42,828 nucleotides of DNA from a virus (taxonomy: Duplodnaviria; Caudoviricetes): positions 1-42,828 of IMG/VR virus record IMGVR_UViG_3300019872_000006; one strand, 5' to 3'. Shown piece after piece: positions 26,088 to 36,841 of the stretch. A program made the position numbers and the translations under genes. Under the pieces are notes generated by a model. The model made no database searches. It was not told the origin of the DNA and saw nothing but the letters and a program-made list of their open reading frames with translations. Every line of letters starts with the position of its first letter. Position 1 is the first letter of the stretch.

Positions 26088-27868
26088 TATAACCTCGCAT
26101 CTGCTATCCAATGATACCCAAATAAATTATTGGCTGTCATTGCATTATTAGAACAACCAACTCTAAAGCTTGTTTCACTTTGGCTTGAAACACCTGCGTT
26201 ACCTTGGTTACCTGCTATCGAAAAATTATAAAGAACACTTAAAGTTCCGGTAACTCCTGCATAAACAGTTACAGAAGGCACACCTCTCTTACGAACTTTA
26301 AATGTATTAAAACCTGCTCCATGAAATGTTGCTGAATCAAGTGATGTCTCAAACTTTACTCCACTGCCAGCACTCCCTACATATACTAAGTAATCATAGG
26401 ACTTCTCAAGAAATCTCTGGCACCTAATCAACTCAACATCAAATGGAACCGTTGGGAAAGGATCAGCTTCAGCCGACGCATCACCATCAACCAAGCAAAA
26501 CCTCGCAATATCAAACGTACCGCTTTGTTGGATAAGTGAAGCAGTTCTAGCATTAAAGTTTGCTCCTGCATCAAACCACCAAACAGGGATCAAAGCACTA
26601 TTACCATTCGACCCAAAAGTTTTACCGCTAACTGGTGGAATGGTGAACACCAACGCAATCTTTTGCCAAAGAGTTGACAGCCCAAACTTCTGTGCACCAA
26701 TTCCAGTTACGTCTGCCGATGGTGAACCACCAGTGCCAAAAGTTTGCCGCATATCAAATGCAATATTCTTAACTGCATCTGCTTTTGCCCAAAAGACTGC
26801 TGTAACAGTTCTCCCTGCAAACGTATCTGCCCCTTCAATTATCGAAGATTTATTACAATAGTTAGCTGCATTTGCCACACTAGTTACAACAGTTCGTGAG
26901 TAGTAATGAGGATTTCCCGGAACAGCTGTTTGGCCAGCGGCAAATGCTTGTTGCGTGTGAACTTTTGTAGACCCATTATGATCATTTCGATATTGATCAT
27001 CTGATCCATAACCACTTGTCGACTGTGTAACGTTTTCTTGCCACACATCGAACCCACCATTCACAACTGGACTGCGAAATGTATTAGGCTTAACAGCAGC
27101 AGCACTTGCTGCGGCACTTGCAGCACTGGTTGCCGCAGCATTCTGACTCGCCAAAGCAGCAGCAGCACTCGTAGCAGAGTTTCCTGCTTGAGTAGTTGCA
27201 ATGCCTGCTTGAGTAGTCGCCGTTCCTGCACTTGTGGATGCATTACCTGCTTGTGTGGATGCCGTTGTAGCACTTCCACTTGCTGCAGTAGCTGACCCAC
27301 TAGCTGCTGTTGCACTACCAGCCGCAGCCGTTGCACTCCCACTTGCCGCAGTAGCACTTGCTGCAGCAGCAGTCTGTGCAGCTACAGCCGCTGTAACAGC
27401 CGCCTTGCCATCCATAATGATGCCAAAGTTAGCAATATCAGCACGTAAATTTCCTGCTCCCGGTGAAGTATGTGCAATCAAACATACACAATACAAATAA
27501 TCGGCAGTGTCATAAACGACATCACCGATATTATATGCTAAGTTGTTCGCAAAAGCTCCACGAACACTCCAACCACTAGAACTCAGTATCCAATAAGTAG
27601 GATGTGCAACCCTATCTGCAGCAAACAAACCAGCAACAGCAGATGTATGGTTTGCTGCACAGTAAAATATCTGAGAAGTCTGTGGATCAACAACACGATT
27701 TCCGACTACATATGCCGTATTGTTTGTCCAAGTACCGATCAAACCACTAAACCCCGTTGCAGCTTTGATAGCTGCATCGAGGATCGTAAAGTTACCGTTA
27801 ACTGGATCATGCCATGTCACAGTATTAAAATCGACAATCGCAAGACCAAGATTAGGTGTCTGTGTCAT
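26087..27868 (-). CDS. Tail fibre / receptor-binding protein
   Basis: TPNLGL N-terminus, two CBM5/12-like repeats, Ala/Ser/Thr heptad stalk, NGGFDVWQ...ELIRCQRFLEKSY C-terminal domain. Confidence 0.85.
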   Translation of the reverse strand: MTQTPNLGLAIVDFNTVTWHDPVNGNFTILDAAIKAATGFSGLIGTWTNNTAYVVGNRVVDPQTSQIFYCAANHTSAVAGLFAADRVAHPTYWILSSSGWSVRGAFANNLAYNIGDVVYDTADYLYCVCLIAHTSPGAGNLRADIANFGIIMDGKAAVTAAVAAQTAAAASATAASGSATAAAGSATAASGSATAASGSATTASTQAGNASTSAGTATTQAGIATTQAGNSATSAAAALASQNAAATSAASAAASAAAVKPNTFRSPVVNGGFDVWQENVTQSTSGYGSDDQYRNDHNGSTKVHTQQAFAAGQTAVPGNPHYYSRTVVTSVANAANYCNKSSIIEGADTFAGRTVTAVFWAKADAVKNIAFDMRQTFGTGGSPSADVTGIGAQKFGLSTLWQKIALVFTIPPVSGKTFGSNGNSALIPVWWFDAGANFNARTASLIQQSGTFDIARFCLVDGDASAEADPFPTVPFDVELIRCQRFLEKSYDYLVYVGSAGSGVKFETSLDSATFHGAGFNTFKVRKRGVPSVTVYAGVTGTLSVLYNFSIAGNQGNAGVSSQSETSFRVGCSNNAMTANNLFGYHWIADARL

Positions 27869-29664
27869 CGGTGAAAATTCCCTCTCTTGTATAGTACAGT
27901 TAACGTGCTGAACTTAACACGTCTATGAGAAGCTCCACTAATCTTGAGTTTAAACAACTTAAACTCCAATGGAAATCCCCACAATCGTTCATCGATAGCA
28001 CGTCTACCACCACCATAAGGTTGATCTCCACCACCATAACCCGGGGAGTCGCCAGCAACGAAATCCATTGTAACGATCGGATTAGGTGTGCCATCGGGCT
28101 TTGTATAAAAGTGATCAACGAAACAACTCAGAGTAAATGTACCTGCACCTTCTGTATCCATGCCGATATACTTAATCTGTTTCTTCTTCATTCGAATATT
28201 AATATCTGACCAAGGAAGTTCCCAATCAAAGTTAATATCCAATCCAACATAAATCTTCCACAAATTTGCGGCTAAATCATCCACAAACACTCCACTCGTA
28301 TGGTTCACGAGACATATGTAAAATTGCCCACCTTGTGTTACACGGGTTCCAACTACATACGCTGTAGCTGTAAGCCATGCAGACTCAAAGTTAGCAACTT
28401 CATCGGCTTCGTAGTTCTCATTAGAAAAGATGTTATTTCCATACTGGAAGATTTTAGCTCCCTTAGCAAAGTACACCCTATTCCTACCAGACAAACATCC
28501 ACACGTGAAAGTCCAGTCAAGTACTTGTGACCATGCAATTTTAGTCATCGCAGAGTTATACGACAACGTATACATTGACCACGAACTACCATTCCATAGG
28601 AAATAACTAATCCGTTGCTCAAGCTTATTATGTACACAGAAACTCTTCTGCCTATCTGCAAGTGCAAATGGTGTGTCACCAGCATATTGAGGAACAATCT
28701 TTTCACTCAACGAAGTTGCATTAAAACCTGTTGAATAAACATTCTTCTTTACGCTATTCACACCTTGCTCATCGGCAAAAATGAAACTTTCGTTCAACGT
28801 CACTGCCATTCTATGCGAGATAATCCCAAAATCAGCGATAACATCATCGGGTTTTGGTGTATGATTACCAGCAGCATCATATTGTCCAAGCTCTACAGGA
28901 ACTGTAGCCTTAGCAAAATGGACAAGCAAAGTATTCCGGAAGCTGCTGATACCCCTAATGTCGCCACCCGCAGAAGGTGCGTAGGTACCGATATTGATAC
29001 TTAGAGCATCATTCGGAGCAGGATCACCAGCCCATGTGCCGCTAGTGCCTTTTGCTGAAATATGTATCTCAAATGGGGTAGCAGCAACGCCGCCAATAAC
29101 AGTATAATCAGCTACAGTAGTTACAAATCGACCAATAGGAACGAAAACGTTTGAACCAGTTGGGATATCCTGTAGATACGTGACAACAAATGTTGCACTT
29201 ATAAGTATCGGTTTGTCCACACCATTGACACAAACCATTTGGCCCTTAAACTCAGTAGTATCGATGGTAGTTAATCCACTACTCCAAGGCCCGGGAGCAC
29301 CAACAAGTGCAGCAGCAATAGCTGTATTCCAAATAACAACCCTTGTTCCAGCACCATCGATTGTCATTATCTGGCCAGTGTCGGTAAAAACTACCAACTT
29401 GTCACTGAAATAGACCATTTCAATAACGTTACCAGTTACAATTCCTGTAGTGGTATACAGATATTTCGTTCCCCACCGTAAACTCATGCCGCCATCAACG
29501 TCTCTATGCATATTCTTTAGTACTTTTGCATAGTTACTCTTAATGGCTACGTCGTTATCGACAAGATTAAGCCCTCCTGAGAAATCTCGGAGGGTTGCAT
29601 CTTCCAACTGCGGTGGCGATTGAGCTTGTGATTTGAACTGCACCTTACCAAACGGTGTTAACAT
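27865..29664 (-). CDS. Tail nozzle / stabilisation protein (beta-propeller type)
   Basis: DFSGGLN N-terminal motif, size and synteny. Confidence 0.75.
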   Translation of the reverse strand: MLTPFGKVQFKSQAQSPPQLEDATLRDFSGGLNLVDNDVAIKSNYAKVLKNMHRDVDGGMSLRWGTKYLYTTTGIVTGNVIEMVYFSDKLVVFTDTGQIMTIDGAGTRVVIWNTAIAAALVGAPGPWSSGLTTIDTTEFKGQMVCVNGVDKPILISATFVVTYLQDIPTGSNVFVPIGRFVTTVADYTVIGGVAATPFEIHISAKGTSGTWAGDPAPNDALSINIGTYAPSAGGDIRGISSFRNTLLVHFAKATVPVELGQYDAAGNHTPKPDDVIADFGIISHRMAVTLNESFIFADEQGVNSVKKNVYSTGFNATSLSEKIVPQYAGDTPFALADRQKSFCVHNKLEQRISYFLWNGSSWSMYTLSYNSAMTKIAWSQVLDWTFTCGCLSGRNRVYFAKGAKIFQYGNNIFSNENYEADEVANFESAWLTATAYVVGTRVTQGGQFYICLVNHTSGVFVDDLAANLWKIYVGLDINFDWELPWSDINIRMKKKQIKYIGMDTEGAGTFTLSCFVDHFYTKPDGTPNPIVTMDFVAGDSPGYGGGDQPYGGGRRAIDERLWGFPLEFKLFKLKISGASHRRVKFSTLTVLYKRGNFHR

Positions 29665-30301
29665 ATGGACGACCTCCCATTCCAATTACACCATCATTAA
29701 GGCTCGTAACAATATCATTGTATGCTATCTGAAACATATTGTTTGCCTTATTTGCATTACCGGGGTTCATACCATCGGTCTCAAGCATTAGCCAAGCACC
29801 AGCCCATTCCATCATGTCGGCTTGCATCGGTACAATATCCGTATCAATAAATTCATTTGGACACGTACGAGCATAAAACCTTACAGAGCCTGTAGCTGTT
29901 GCTGGCAGAAACTTAATTACCTTCGTTGTGAAGTTAACTGTATCCTTGAACTGGACAGGCTTATAATACAAAGCTGCAGAACCAGTTACGATCTCACCTT
30001 GAATATCTAAAGGTGCAGTAAGTCGTTGGCGAAAAGTGGTTCCACCCCATATTTCTCTGATATCTTCAATAGATTTCACAATGTTAGTCAAATCTGCAGT
30101 CACAAATCCATTCACACCATCGAGAGCATACGTATACCAGTCACTTAAATGTTCCCAATAGCGTTTTCTGAATACCATATAAAAAGCATCCTGAACCGCA
30201 GTTTGTACTTGCGGTTCAGTGTATGTTTGCACAGCTGTGCCGTTAACAAGACCGATCTTCTTAATAACACCTTGTACGATATCAACGCGTTTCTTATACA
30301 T
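29645..30301 (-). CDS. Head-tail adaptor (tail tubular protein A-like)
   Basis: Size and synteny between capsid genes and nozzle. Confidence 0.65.
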   Translation of the reverse strand: MYKKRVDIVQGVIKKIGLVNGTAVQTYTEPQVQTAVQDAFYMVFRKRYWEHLSDWYTYALDGVNGFVTADLTNIVKSIEDIREIWGGTTFRQRLTAPLDIQGEIVTGSAALYYKPVQFKDTVNFTTKVIKFLPATATGSVRFYARTCPNEFIDTDIVPMQADMMEWAGAWLMLETDGMNPGNANKANNMFQIAYNDIVTSLNDGVIGMGGRPYVNTVW

Positions 30302-30320
30302 CGATCGATCTCCTTAACGA

Positions 30321-31025
30321 TTAACCGTTGAACTGAGGAATTCCGTGAAGTCCGCCATTGTTTGCTGCGTTCACGTAAGAACTGAATTGAGCATCAATAG
30401 CAATTTTCTTCACGCCATCCAAAGTTGTAGTAGGAATATACGTACCACGAACATCACCAGTTGTGGTTGTCTGTGGATCAGTAAGAACCCCTGCAACCAA
30501 AGTACCGGCAGCAGCAACTACAAAGTCTGCATACTCACGCTCTACAGCACGAGTATTATACGGCAGACCAAGCTTACCACCAAAGCCAAGCGATGCAGTA
30601 ACCGCATTCGAAGCACCACCGTTATGTACGATCTTATCGATGTACTTGAACGCCTTAAGACCGACGATCTGTGTGGTACCATCACCGTTTGCAACAGTGA
30701 TTGTTTCGTTCATGGCCTGACCAAGATAGTCACGCCCGAACACTTTCGTAACCAAGTTTGCACCAGTAGCACCAGAAGCCTTAACACCAACGTTACGGCC
30801 AAAAGGTGCATCTGCTACATTGGCTGTAGAGATCAGCATGGTTGTCGAAACACCAGCATTTGCGATGATAGTGGCATTAAGAATGTCATTACCAGTTGCA
30901 GATGCAAGTTTCGGCGTACCAAACTCAACCCGCATGTCAAGTTGCTGACCTAGTTCTGCACCAGCCTGCATTGCCGGTACATAATACTGTAGACCAGTTT
31001 GAAAACTACGCTGCGCTTTGCCCAT
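30321..31025 (-). CDS. Probable capsid decoration / minor structural protein
   Basis: G/A/T-rich beta-type sequence, G-x-D-x2-G-x4-ETI and G-x-KAFK motifs; downstream of MCP. Confidence 0.6.
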   Translation of the reverse strand: MGKAQRSFQTGLQYYVPAMQAGAELGQQLDMRVEFGTPKLASATGNDILNATIIANAGVSTTMLISTANVADAPFGRNVGVKASGATGANLVTKVFGRDYLGQAMNETITVANGDGTTQIVGLKAFKYIDKIVHNGGASNAVTASLGFGGKLGLPYNTRAVEREYADFVVAAAGTLVAGVLTDPQTTTTGDVRGTYIPTTTLDGVKKIAIDAQFSSYVNAANNGGLHGIPQFNG

Positions 31026-31419
31026 GAGACATCTCCTCTTCTGAATGTTCAGCAGGACCTTGCTTACGACGGCAAAGTCGGATCACTTCATCTTCAAGAG
31101 CACGCCATGCTTCTTGGCGGGCCTCATCATTGATTGCAAACTTGAACTTGCCAGCATTGGTTTCAGCATTGTTGACACGCTCAAAGTTCATGATCGATGG
31201 CTGCTTGTCGAAGCCCTTCTCAATTACCTGCTTGTGAGTCAACCGATAGCTATGACCTGTAGGTAGGTACAGCATATAAGCATCCTTCACAGCTACAGTG
31301 TCTGTAACGATGTGCTTCAACTTGGCATCCCACTTACGCTTCAACTGCGTAACAGGACCATCCACTTTCCGAAGCACGTACGTTAAACGTGCTCCTTGCA
31401 TTACGGTTGATACAGCCAT
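31006..31419 (-). CDS. Hypothetical protein
   Basis: TAATG coupling with the capsid stop. Confidence 0.7.
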   Translation of the reverse strand: MAVSTVMQGARLTYVLRKVDGPVTQLKRKWDAKLKHIVTDTVAVKDAYMLYLPTGHSYRLTHKQVIEKGFDKQPSIMNFERVNNAETNAGKFKFAINDEARQEAWRALEDEVIRLCRRKQGPAEHSEEEMSHGQSAA

Positions 31420-32372
31420 TATGAGTTGGTCCCATAAGCATGAGTGCGGTAGTTTTTCCACGAGCACAGCTGATATTCCATAATGTACCGACGACCGATA
31501 GCATCTTGGTTCCATGGAGCGGTTAGTTCTTTAACCTTCATGTTAGCTGACTTGAGGATGTGAATAGAAAGGTACTCATCGTTGATAAAGTAGAAGTCAT
31601 TGGGAGCCAATGCTTCGTCGTAAATCACCGGAATACCTTGGTGGGTCGTTCCCTTGATACCAAGGTTCACAAGTTTCTTACCAAAGCCAGACGAGTCCAG
31701 CTGAATTTGAGACTTGTCACGAGCGGCTGCACGATGCATACGGAAGATATTCCGTCCTACAAAGATAACATCCGGGGACTCGTCGTCGTGGGTAAGATCG
31801 AGAAGAATGTCATCGAAGGCTTCTTCAATGTTATTCTCATCAAGTGCACCAGAGAACTGATATGCTGAAGGTCGGAACATCGGAGTATTTGCGAGGTTCA
31901 AACCACCAATAGTACCAGCAGTGGGATCAAGTGGGAACAAGTTCGGCAAGCCATTGGGGCTAGAACCGGTAGTCAGTGAAGCAGCATCAACACGTTGCTT
32001 CTTCTTGATGGCCTGTTCAAGGGCCTTCAGTTTACCTTCAATGATCTTAATGATCACTGCATCGCCTTGGTTTTCGTCGGCTTCCTGATCTGACATGATC
32101 AGTGTGCCTACAAGACGAGTCATGAAATACTGAACAGTATCGAATTCGTTGGTCTCGTCTACGGGTACTGTATCATAGTACGTAGCATTGACCACGTTGG
32201 GATTTGATCCAGTGATCAAAGGGTTCTCGATCTCGGGACCGCCATCTTCCATCTCTACCTTACCAGCAGCGGCAAGATAGGTATAGATACCGCCACTAAG
32301 TGTAGCAGCAAGGATGAGTTTCTTTCGGCTACGTTGTGCCATAGCGTGAAGAATAGTCTGTGGAGTTGCCAT
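31419..32372 (-). CDS. Major capsid protein (HK97 fold)
   Basis: 317 aa; GG-x-EI..PL, N-x-G...I..K, GTIGGLN patterns; synteny after the scaffold. Confidence 0.85.
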   Translation of the reverse strand: MATPQTILHAMAQRSRKKLILAATLSGGIYTYLAAAGKVEMEDGGPEIENPLITGSNPNVVNATYYDTVPVDETNEFDTVQYFMTRLVGTLIMSDQEADENQGDAVIIKIIEGKLKALEQAIKKKQRVDAASLTTGSSPNGLPNLFPLDPTAGTIGGLNLANTPMFRPSAYQFSGALDENNIEEAFDDILLDLTHDDESPDVIFVGRNIFRMHRAAARDKSQIQLDSSGFGKKLVNLGIKGTTHQGIPVIYDEALAPNDFYFINDEYLSIHILKSANMKVKELTAPWNQDAIGRRYIMEYQLCSWKNYRTHAYGTNS

Positions 32373-33394
32373 TATTTTTCCTCAAGAGCTTTGAGATCGG
32401 CCAGCAATTCTGCACCGATGTCTCGATAAGATGAATTTGGGGCTCTTGCTTGCATATCCAAACCACGACGATTTGGTACATGCTCAACATTCGAGGAGTT
32501 ATGAGGTACTACCCTTTGCGGGGGCTTCTTTTGAGCTTCGGCTTCTTTTGCAGCCTTTTTCTGGTTAGCGATGTAGGTTTTAATCCTAATCCAGCACTCA
32601 TCCAGAGTCAAATGAGGGAATTTTGTCTTGGCATCGGCTACTGCTTGCAGAAGATTACTGTTTTCCTTAACTTTGAGTTCAGGATAACGGTCAAGGAATT
32701 CTCTAGCATCCTTAACATGAGGTTCTTCTACAGAGTCTGTAGCAGCAGGTACAACTGGCTTCTTCGCCTCTTGCAGTTGTAGAACATGTTTTGCTACTTC
32801 GGCAGGATCAAGCGGTCCTGTAACGCCAAGTGATGACAAATCATTGCCCGCGAGGTGTGCTTTTGTCAAGATTGCCTTGAGTGCCCCCATAGGATCGATC
32901 TTAGACTTGGCAAAAAGCTCCAAAGCTTCCCTTTGTTCAGGCGGTTCTAGACCAAGCTTGTCGCCATAAGACTTTTCCTCAGAGAGAGCCTTGTATTTAT
33001 CCATCAATTCACGTGCAGATTTGGCAATTGTGCCAAGTTGACCATAAACACCAGTCAATTCCTGCTCTTTGGTGTTTAGTTTACGCTTCAATTTCTCAAA
33101 AATACCACGATCCTTGCCAGCTTTGACAACTACCTTACCATTTTTGACCAAGTTGCCAGCTCTATCCTCTGGCAGCTTCTCTTTTATCTCTAGATCGTCT
33201 GCTTCATCTTCTTCTTTTTGTTTAGCAGCAGTATCATCGGGATCACCATCTTCTTCTTCCTCAACTACAGGGCCTGTAGCTGAGTCATCATCTAGCTTTT
33301 CCTCATTATTTCCAAGCTGATCTTGGTCCTCATCGTCACTAATGAACTGCTTGAGGATGTCGTCTGTATTATCTTTGTCCAGTTTGCCCGGCAT
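32372..33394 (-). CDS. Capsid scaffolding protein
   Basis: Acidic N-terminus, helical; between portal and MCP. Confidence 0.75.
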   Translation of the reverse strand: MPGKLDKDNTDDILKQFISDDEDQDQLGNNEEKLDDDSATGPVVEEEEDGDPDDTAAKQKEEDEADDLEIKEKLPEDRAGNLVKNGKVVVKAGKDRGIFEKLKRKLNTKEQELTGVYGQLGTIAKSARELMDKYKALSEEKSYGDKLGLEPPEQREALELFAKSKIDPMGALKAILTKAHLAGNDLSSLGVTGPLDPAEVAKHVLQLQEAKKPVVPAATDSVEEPHVKDAREFLDRYPELKVKENSNLLQAVADAKTKFPHLTLDECWIRIKTYIANQKKAAKEAEAQKKPPQRVVPHNSSNVEHVPNRRGLDMQARAPNSSYRDIGAELLADLKALEEK

Positions 33395-35369
33395 TGGGTG
33401 GTACTCCTTGTTGGTTCGCTGCGGGAGGCTGACCGGGAACAGATTGTCCCTTGGTTAGGTTAGCCTGTGCTTCTGTATCAAGTTCTTCCCAGTCTTTCTT
33501 CTTCATTACGAAGTTCGAGAATGCTGTTTGGAACATCTTAATGATCAATTTCAGCGTTGTAGCTGGTGCTCCTTGACCAAGTTGGCCAAGAGCCTGAGCA
33601 ATTTGAATTGCTTCCTTCTTTTTAAACTCAGTAGTTGGCTTCTCAATTGAGCCTGCAGCAATTGTCATCCTGAACCGTTGATTAAACTCAATCACAGTCA
33701 TTGGTTGAAACTTTGCTGCGTACTCTGGCCCTACAAGTTCTGTAATGTCCTGTACTGTGTACTTCGACACGATAACTTCTGCCATTGACCAACCAAGGGC
33801 TTCGAAAGAGTCCTCAATATTATCAATGATCATGCCGGTGTTGGCTTGTTTATTCTCTGCCATATAGTCCACGGCAGAAGTATTAGTATTAGTCTTAAAC
33901 TGTTCACCCTGATCAACATCGCTAAGACCATTTGTCTTATTAATAACCGATCGTAGGTTCTGAGTTTGGAACACATCAGCATATTGCATAGCAGGAGGAG
34001 CAAATACCTCCACCATATCGCTGATCTTCTTCTGTTCACCATTACCTTTCTTTACAGCAAAGGCTTCAACTTCTCTAGGATTGTTAAGGTGGTGAACTAG
34101 CTTCTTAACCTCATCCTTATCAATCATAGAAGGATCATACAACAAAGCACCAAACACACTATTCCGTATCTGTTGTGCCTTTGCATTGATCTGGTTGATT
34201 GTGTTTACCTGACCTACAATGAATGATGCTTCACCCGGTTGAACAATGCCATCAATTGCCTCAGAGAAGGAAATGATATAGTGCCTAAAGAACCGAGACA
34301 GCTGAAGATCGTCATCATATACCCATAGCGGATACTTCCAGTCTTCAGAATTGAACAAATAGATACGACGAGTAATCTTATCATAAACGTACCAGCATCT
34401 AACCTTATTCTTGTTCACATACTTACGTCGTTCATCGGTCTGATCATTCATTACCTTAGCAATAATCGTATCTTCAACCGAGTCACCAGCATTACTGCTT
34501 TCTGGCTTTTTATGTTTTTCATTCGATCGCATGACCCATTCTTTATCGCCAGTCTTCTTATAGAATTTCTGGTCAACATAATCACGGTCAAGAAAGCACT
34601 CTTCAGCAAGCCATTTAGCATCAGACAAGTCGATATGTGTGCAGTCTGGATCAACGATAACTCTATGAGGAAGAACGTTGCTTAACAACATCCCTTTGCC
34701 TTCGAGCAGAGGCATTTGGTCATACAGAAGCTGTAGCTCGGCCATGAGCTCGTCGATTTCGTCTTTTGACTTGGCACTTTGAAGTTTCGTTTCAATCTCA
34801 ATAAGATTCGCACGAGCCTCTTCAAGACTTCCTTCCTTTGGTTGAAAGTCGAGCCTCATAATACCAAAATTAGTCATCTGACCATGCATGATCCAACGAC
34901 GTGCTTTAGGTTTAACATTCAAACCCGGATGAGTTTGTTTGTTCATGAGAAACGAAATGATATACTGCAAAGTTGTGGTTAGATCGTCGTCGGTATCAGA
35001 AGCAGTGAACTCAAGATTTGGATTACGCATATACGTAGTACGCATAATTGTCCGAATATTGGTCCTAATAATGTTCTCATCGGTGGCATTCTTATGGTTA
35101 TACTTGTACGTATATCCATTACCATCTTGAGCTTTGCCTTCATCACCGCAACGACGATAGTGATCAAAGATATCATCCCACTTCTGATGCTCTGGCTTAT
35201 AAACTGCCTGAGCCTCATTTATCTTTTCATGCCAATATGAGCCCATTTTACTAGGCACAGGAATACTCATACCAGAAGCCATTGCGAACGATGGCTCTTT
35301 GTAGTCTACAGGGTCTGTAGCAGTTATATTATTAACAACTGCATCCTGTTCTATCGTGCTTCTTGCCAT
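33369..35369 (-). CDS. Portal protein
   Basis: About 666 aa directly after TerL. Confidence 0.8.
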   Translation of the reverse strand: MARSTIEQDAVVNNITATDPVDYKEPSFAMASGMSIPVPSKMGSYWHEKINEAQAVYKPEHQKWDDIFDHYRRCGDEGKAQDGNGYTYKYNHKNATDENIIRTNIRTIMRTTYMRNPNLEFTASDTDDDLTTTLQYIISFLMNKQTHPGLNVKPKARRWIMHGQMTNFGIMRLDFQPKEGSLEEARANLIEIETKLQSAKSKDEIDELMAELQLLYDQMPLLEGKGMLLSNVLPHRVIVDPDCTHIDLSDAKWLAEECFLDRDYVDQKFYKKTGDKEWVMRSNEKHKKPESSNAGDSVEDTIIAKVMNDQTDERRKYVNKNKVRCWYVYDKITRRIYLFNSEDWKYPLWVYDDDLQLSRFFRHYIISFSEAIDGIVQPGEASFIVGQVNTINQINAKAQQIRNSVFGALLYDPSMIDKDEVKKLVHHLNNPREVEAFAVKKGNGEQKKISDMVEVFAPPAMQYADVFQTQNLRSVINKTNGLSDVDQGEQFKTNTNTSAVDYMAENKQANTGMIIDNIEDSFEALGWSMAEVIVSKYTVQDITELVGPEYAAKFQPMTVIEFNQRFRMTIAAGSIEKPTTEFKKKEAIQIAQALGQLGQGAPATTLKLIIKMFQTAFSNFVMKKKDWEELDTEAQANLTKGQSVPGQPPAANQQGVPPNAGQTGQR

Positions 35370-36841
35370 TGCATCCACTCCGGTTCCGGTTTAGGTATCT
35401 TGTAAAGCAGTGTACTTGCTTCAGGAACTTTTGATAGCAAATATTTCAAGCTATCCATGGCATGGTCTTTGTGATCTCGTGGCTCATCGAGTCGATTACC
35501 TTGACCATCTGACTTCCAGAAATAGCCAGTAAACTCCTCTTCAATCCAATCTAACTCATCGCAGAAGTAAATCCCGGGACCAAACGGTTCTTCTTTATTA
35601 TAGTGAAGACCGGGTTTCGGAGTAAGATACTCAGCAACCTTCATTATTCCCGACGCAATATTGTTTTGCCCTGCAACAACATTAAGGTCGTGATTTTCGC
35701 GTAGCAACCGAGCAACTGTTGCAGCTCCTTTTCCTGTTCCATCGACAACTGTTCTTTTGAATATCGCAGGGTCACAGTAAATCGGATCGTCGTACTCGAA
35801 ATAGTCGTAGTACTTCTCTTGCAGCTCAAGTATTTTCTTGCCCAATGTCGAAATGTTCGGCGTCGGTTCGTAGAAACCATCAACAATGAAAATCCTCCCT
35901 AGTTCATCCGAGAATGCTAAGAGATAGCAACTCGGAGAGGACATGCCGAAGTCTAAAGATTGGTATGCATTGAACTTCACACGATGATCAGCTGCCTCGT
36001 ATAGTACCTTAGCAAAGTGACCACGAGGTATCATATGCACATGAGTACTAAATGCAGGATACACTAATCCTTCATAAGCAGCCCATTCACCGAGAAGAAA
36101 ACGATCTCGCATTTGGCCGACATACGCAGCTTCAAGACCTTGGAGGAAGTCTGGCTCAAGGTTATGTTTGTTCTCATAAGTCGAACCTTCAAGCACAGTA
36201 ATGAGTGGTTCCATTGTGTGGCGATCATGGAGAAGGTCTTCACCTACAGTACCTGTAGCTATAAACTTGTGATAGGGGCGGACAAGTTTCTTATAAACCC
36301 AATTTGCAGTAGGATTACACGTGAGAATAAGCCAACGAGGGCCAGTCATTGGCATAGATTTATCGTTACCCTTGTAACTAGCAGAACCACGAAGACGCCC
36401 AAGCAAGTCAAGAAAATCCTTGTGCTCAATCCCTGGGTCTTCAACTTGATCCACAATAGCCCAGTCATAAGTAGCGGATAGCAGATTAGAAGTGCTAAAC
36501 CCATCATCGGTCTGTTTACCTCTTTGTGATAGATAACGAAAGTTAATCACACTGCCATTTTTAAAGATCAGTGTGTTGTCATCCTTTGTAGGCCAACGTT
36601 TAACCTCATTTCGTGGAACCCATTTATAAAACTCCTTACGAATGGTGTCGTTGAGTTTCGGATAAGTTTCACGAGCAATTAGGCCATTAGAACCGGGATA
36701 GTCCATAGCAAGACCTACAGCTTTCACACATGCAGCTGCAGTCTTACCATTACCAAACCCACCACCGAGAAGCTGGACCTTAGTCCTACACTCCAAGAAG
36801 CGTTGGTGAATGCCTCCTTTAACAATTTTATACTGAAGCAT
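35351..36841 (-). CDS. terL: Terminase large subunit
   Basis: GGFGNGKT Walker A, IVDQVE Walker B, TCNP, DFG and DHAMDSLKY nuclease motifs. Confidence 0.93.
   Translation of the reverse strand: MLQYKIVKGGIHQRFLECRTKVQLLGGGFGNGKTAAACVKAVGLAMDYPGSNGLIARETYPKLNDTIRKEFYKWVPRNEVKRWPTKDDNTLIFKNGSVINFRYLSQRGKQTDDGFSTSNLLSATYDWAIVDQVEDPGIEHKDFLDLLGRLRGSASYKGNDKSMPMTGPRWLILTCNPTANWVYKKLVRPYHKFIATGTVGEDLLHDRHTMEPLITVLEGSTYENKHNLEPDFLQGLEAAYVGQMRDRFLLGEWAAYEGLVYPAFSTHVHMIPRGHFAKVLYEAADHRVKFNAYQSLDFGMSSPSCYLLAFSDELGRIFIVDGFYEPTPNISTLGKKILELQEKYYDYFEYDDPIYCDPAIFKRTVVDGTGKGAATVARLLRENHDLNVVAGQNNIASGIMKVAEYLTPKPGLHYNKEEPFGPGIYFCDELDWIEEEFTGYFWKSDGQGNRLDEPRDHKDHAMDSLKYLLSKVPEASTLLYKIPKPEPEWMQWQEAR

Noticed and set aside
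27090-27400. Tandem DNA repeat or diversity-generating element in the tail fibre
   Set aside because: Explained by Ala/Ser/Thr heptad coding repeats. No reverse transcriptase or template/variable repeat pair was seen.
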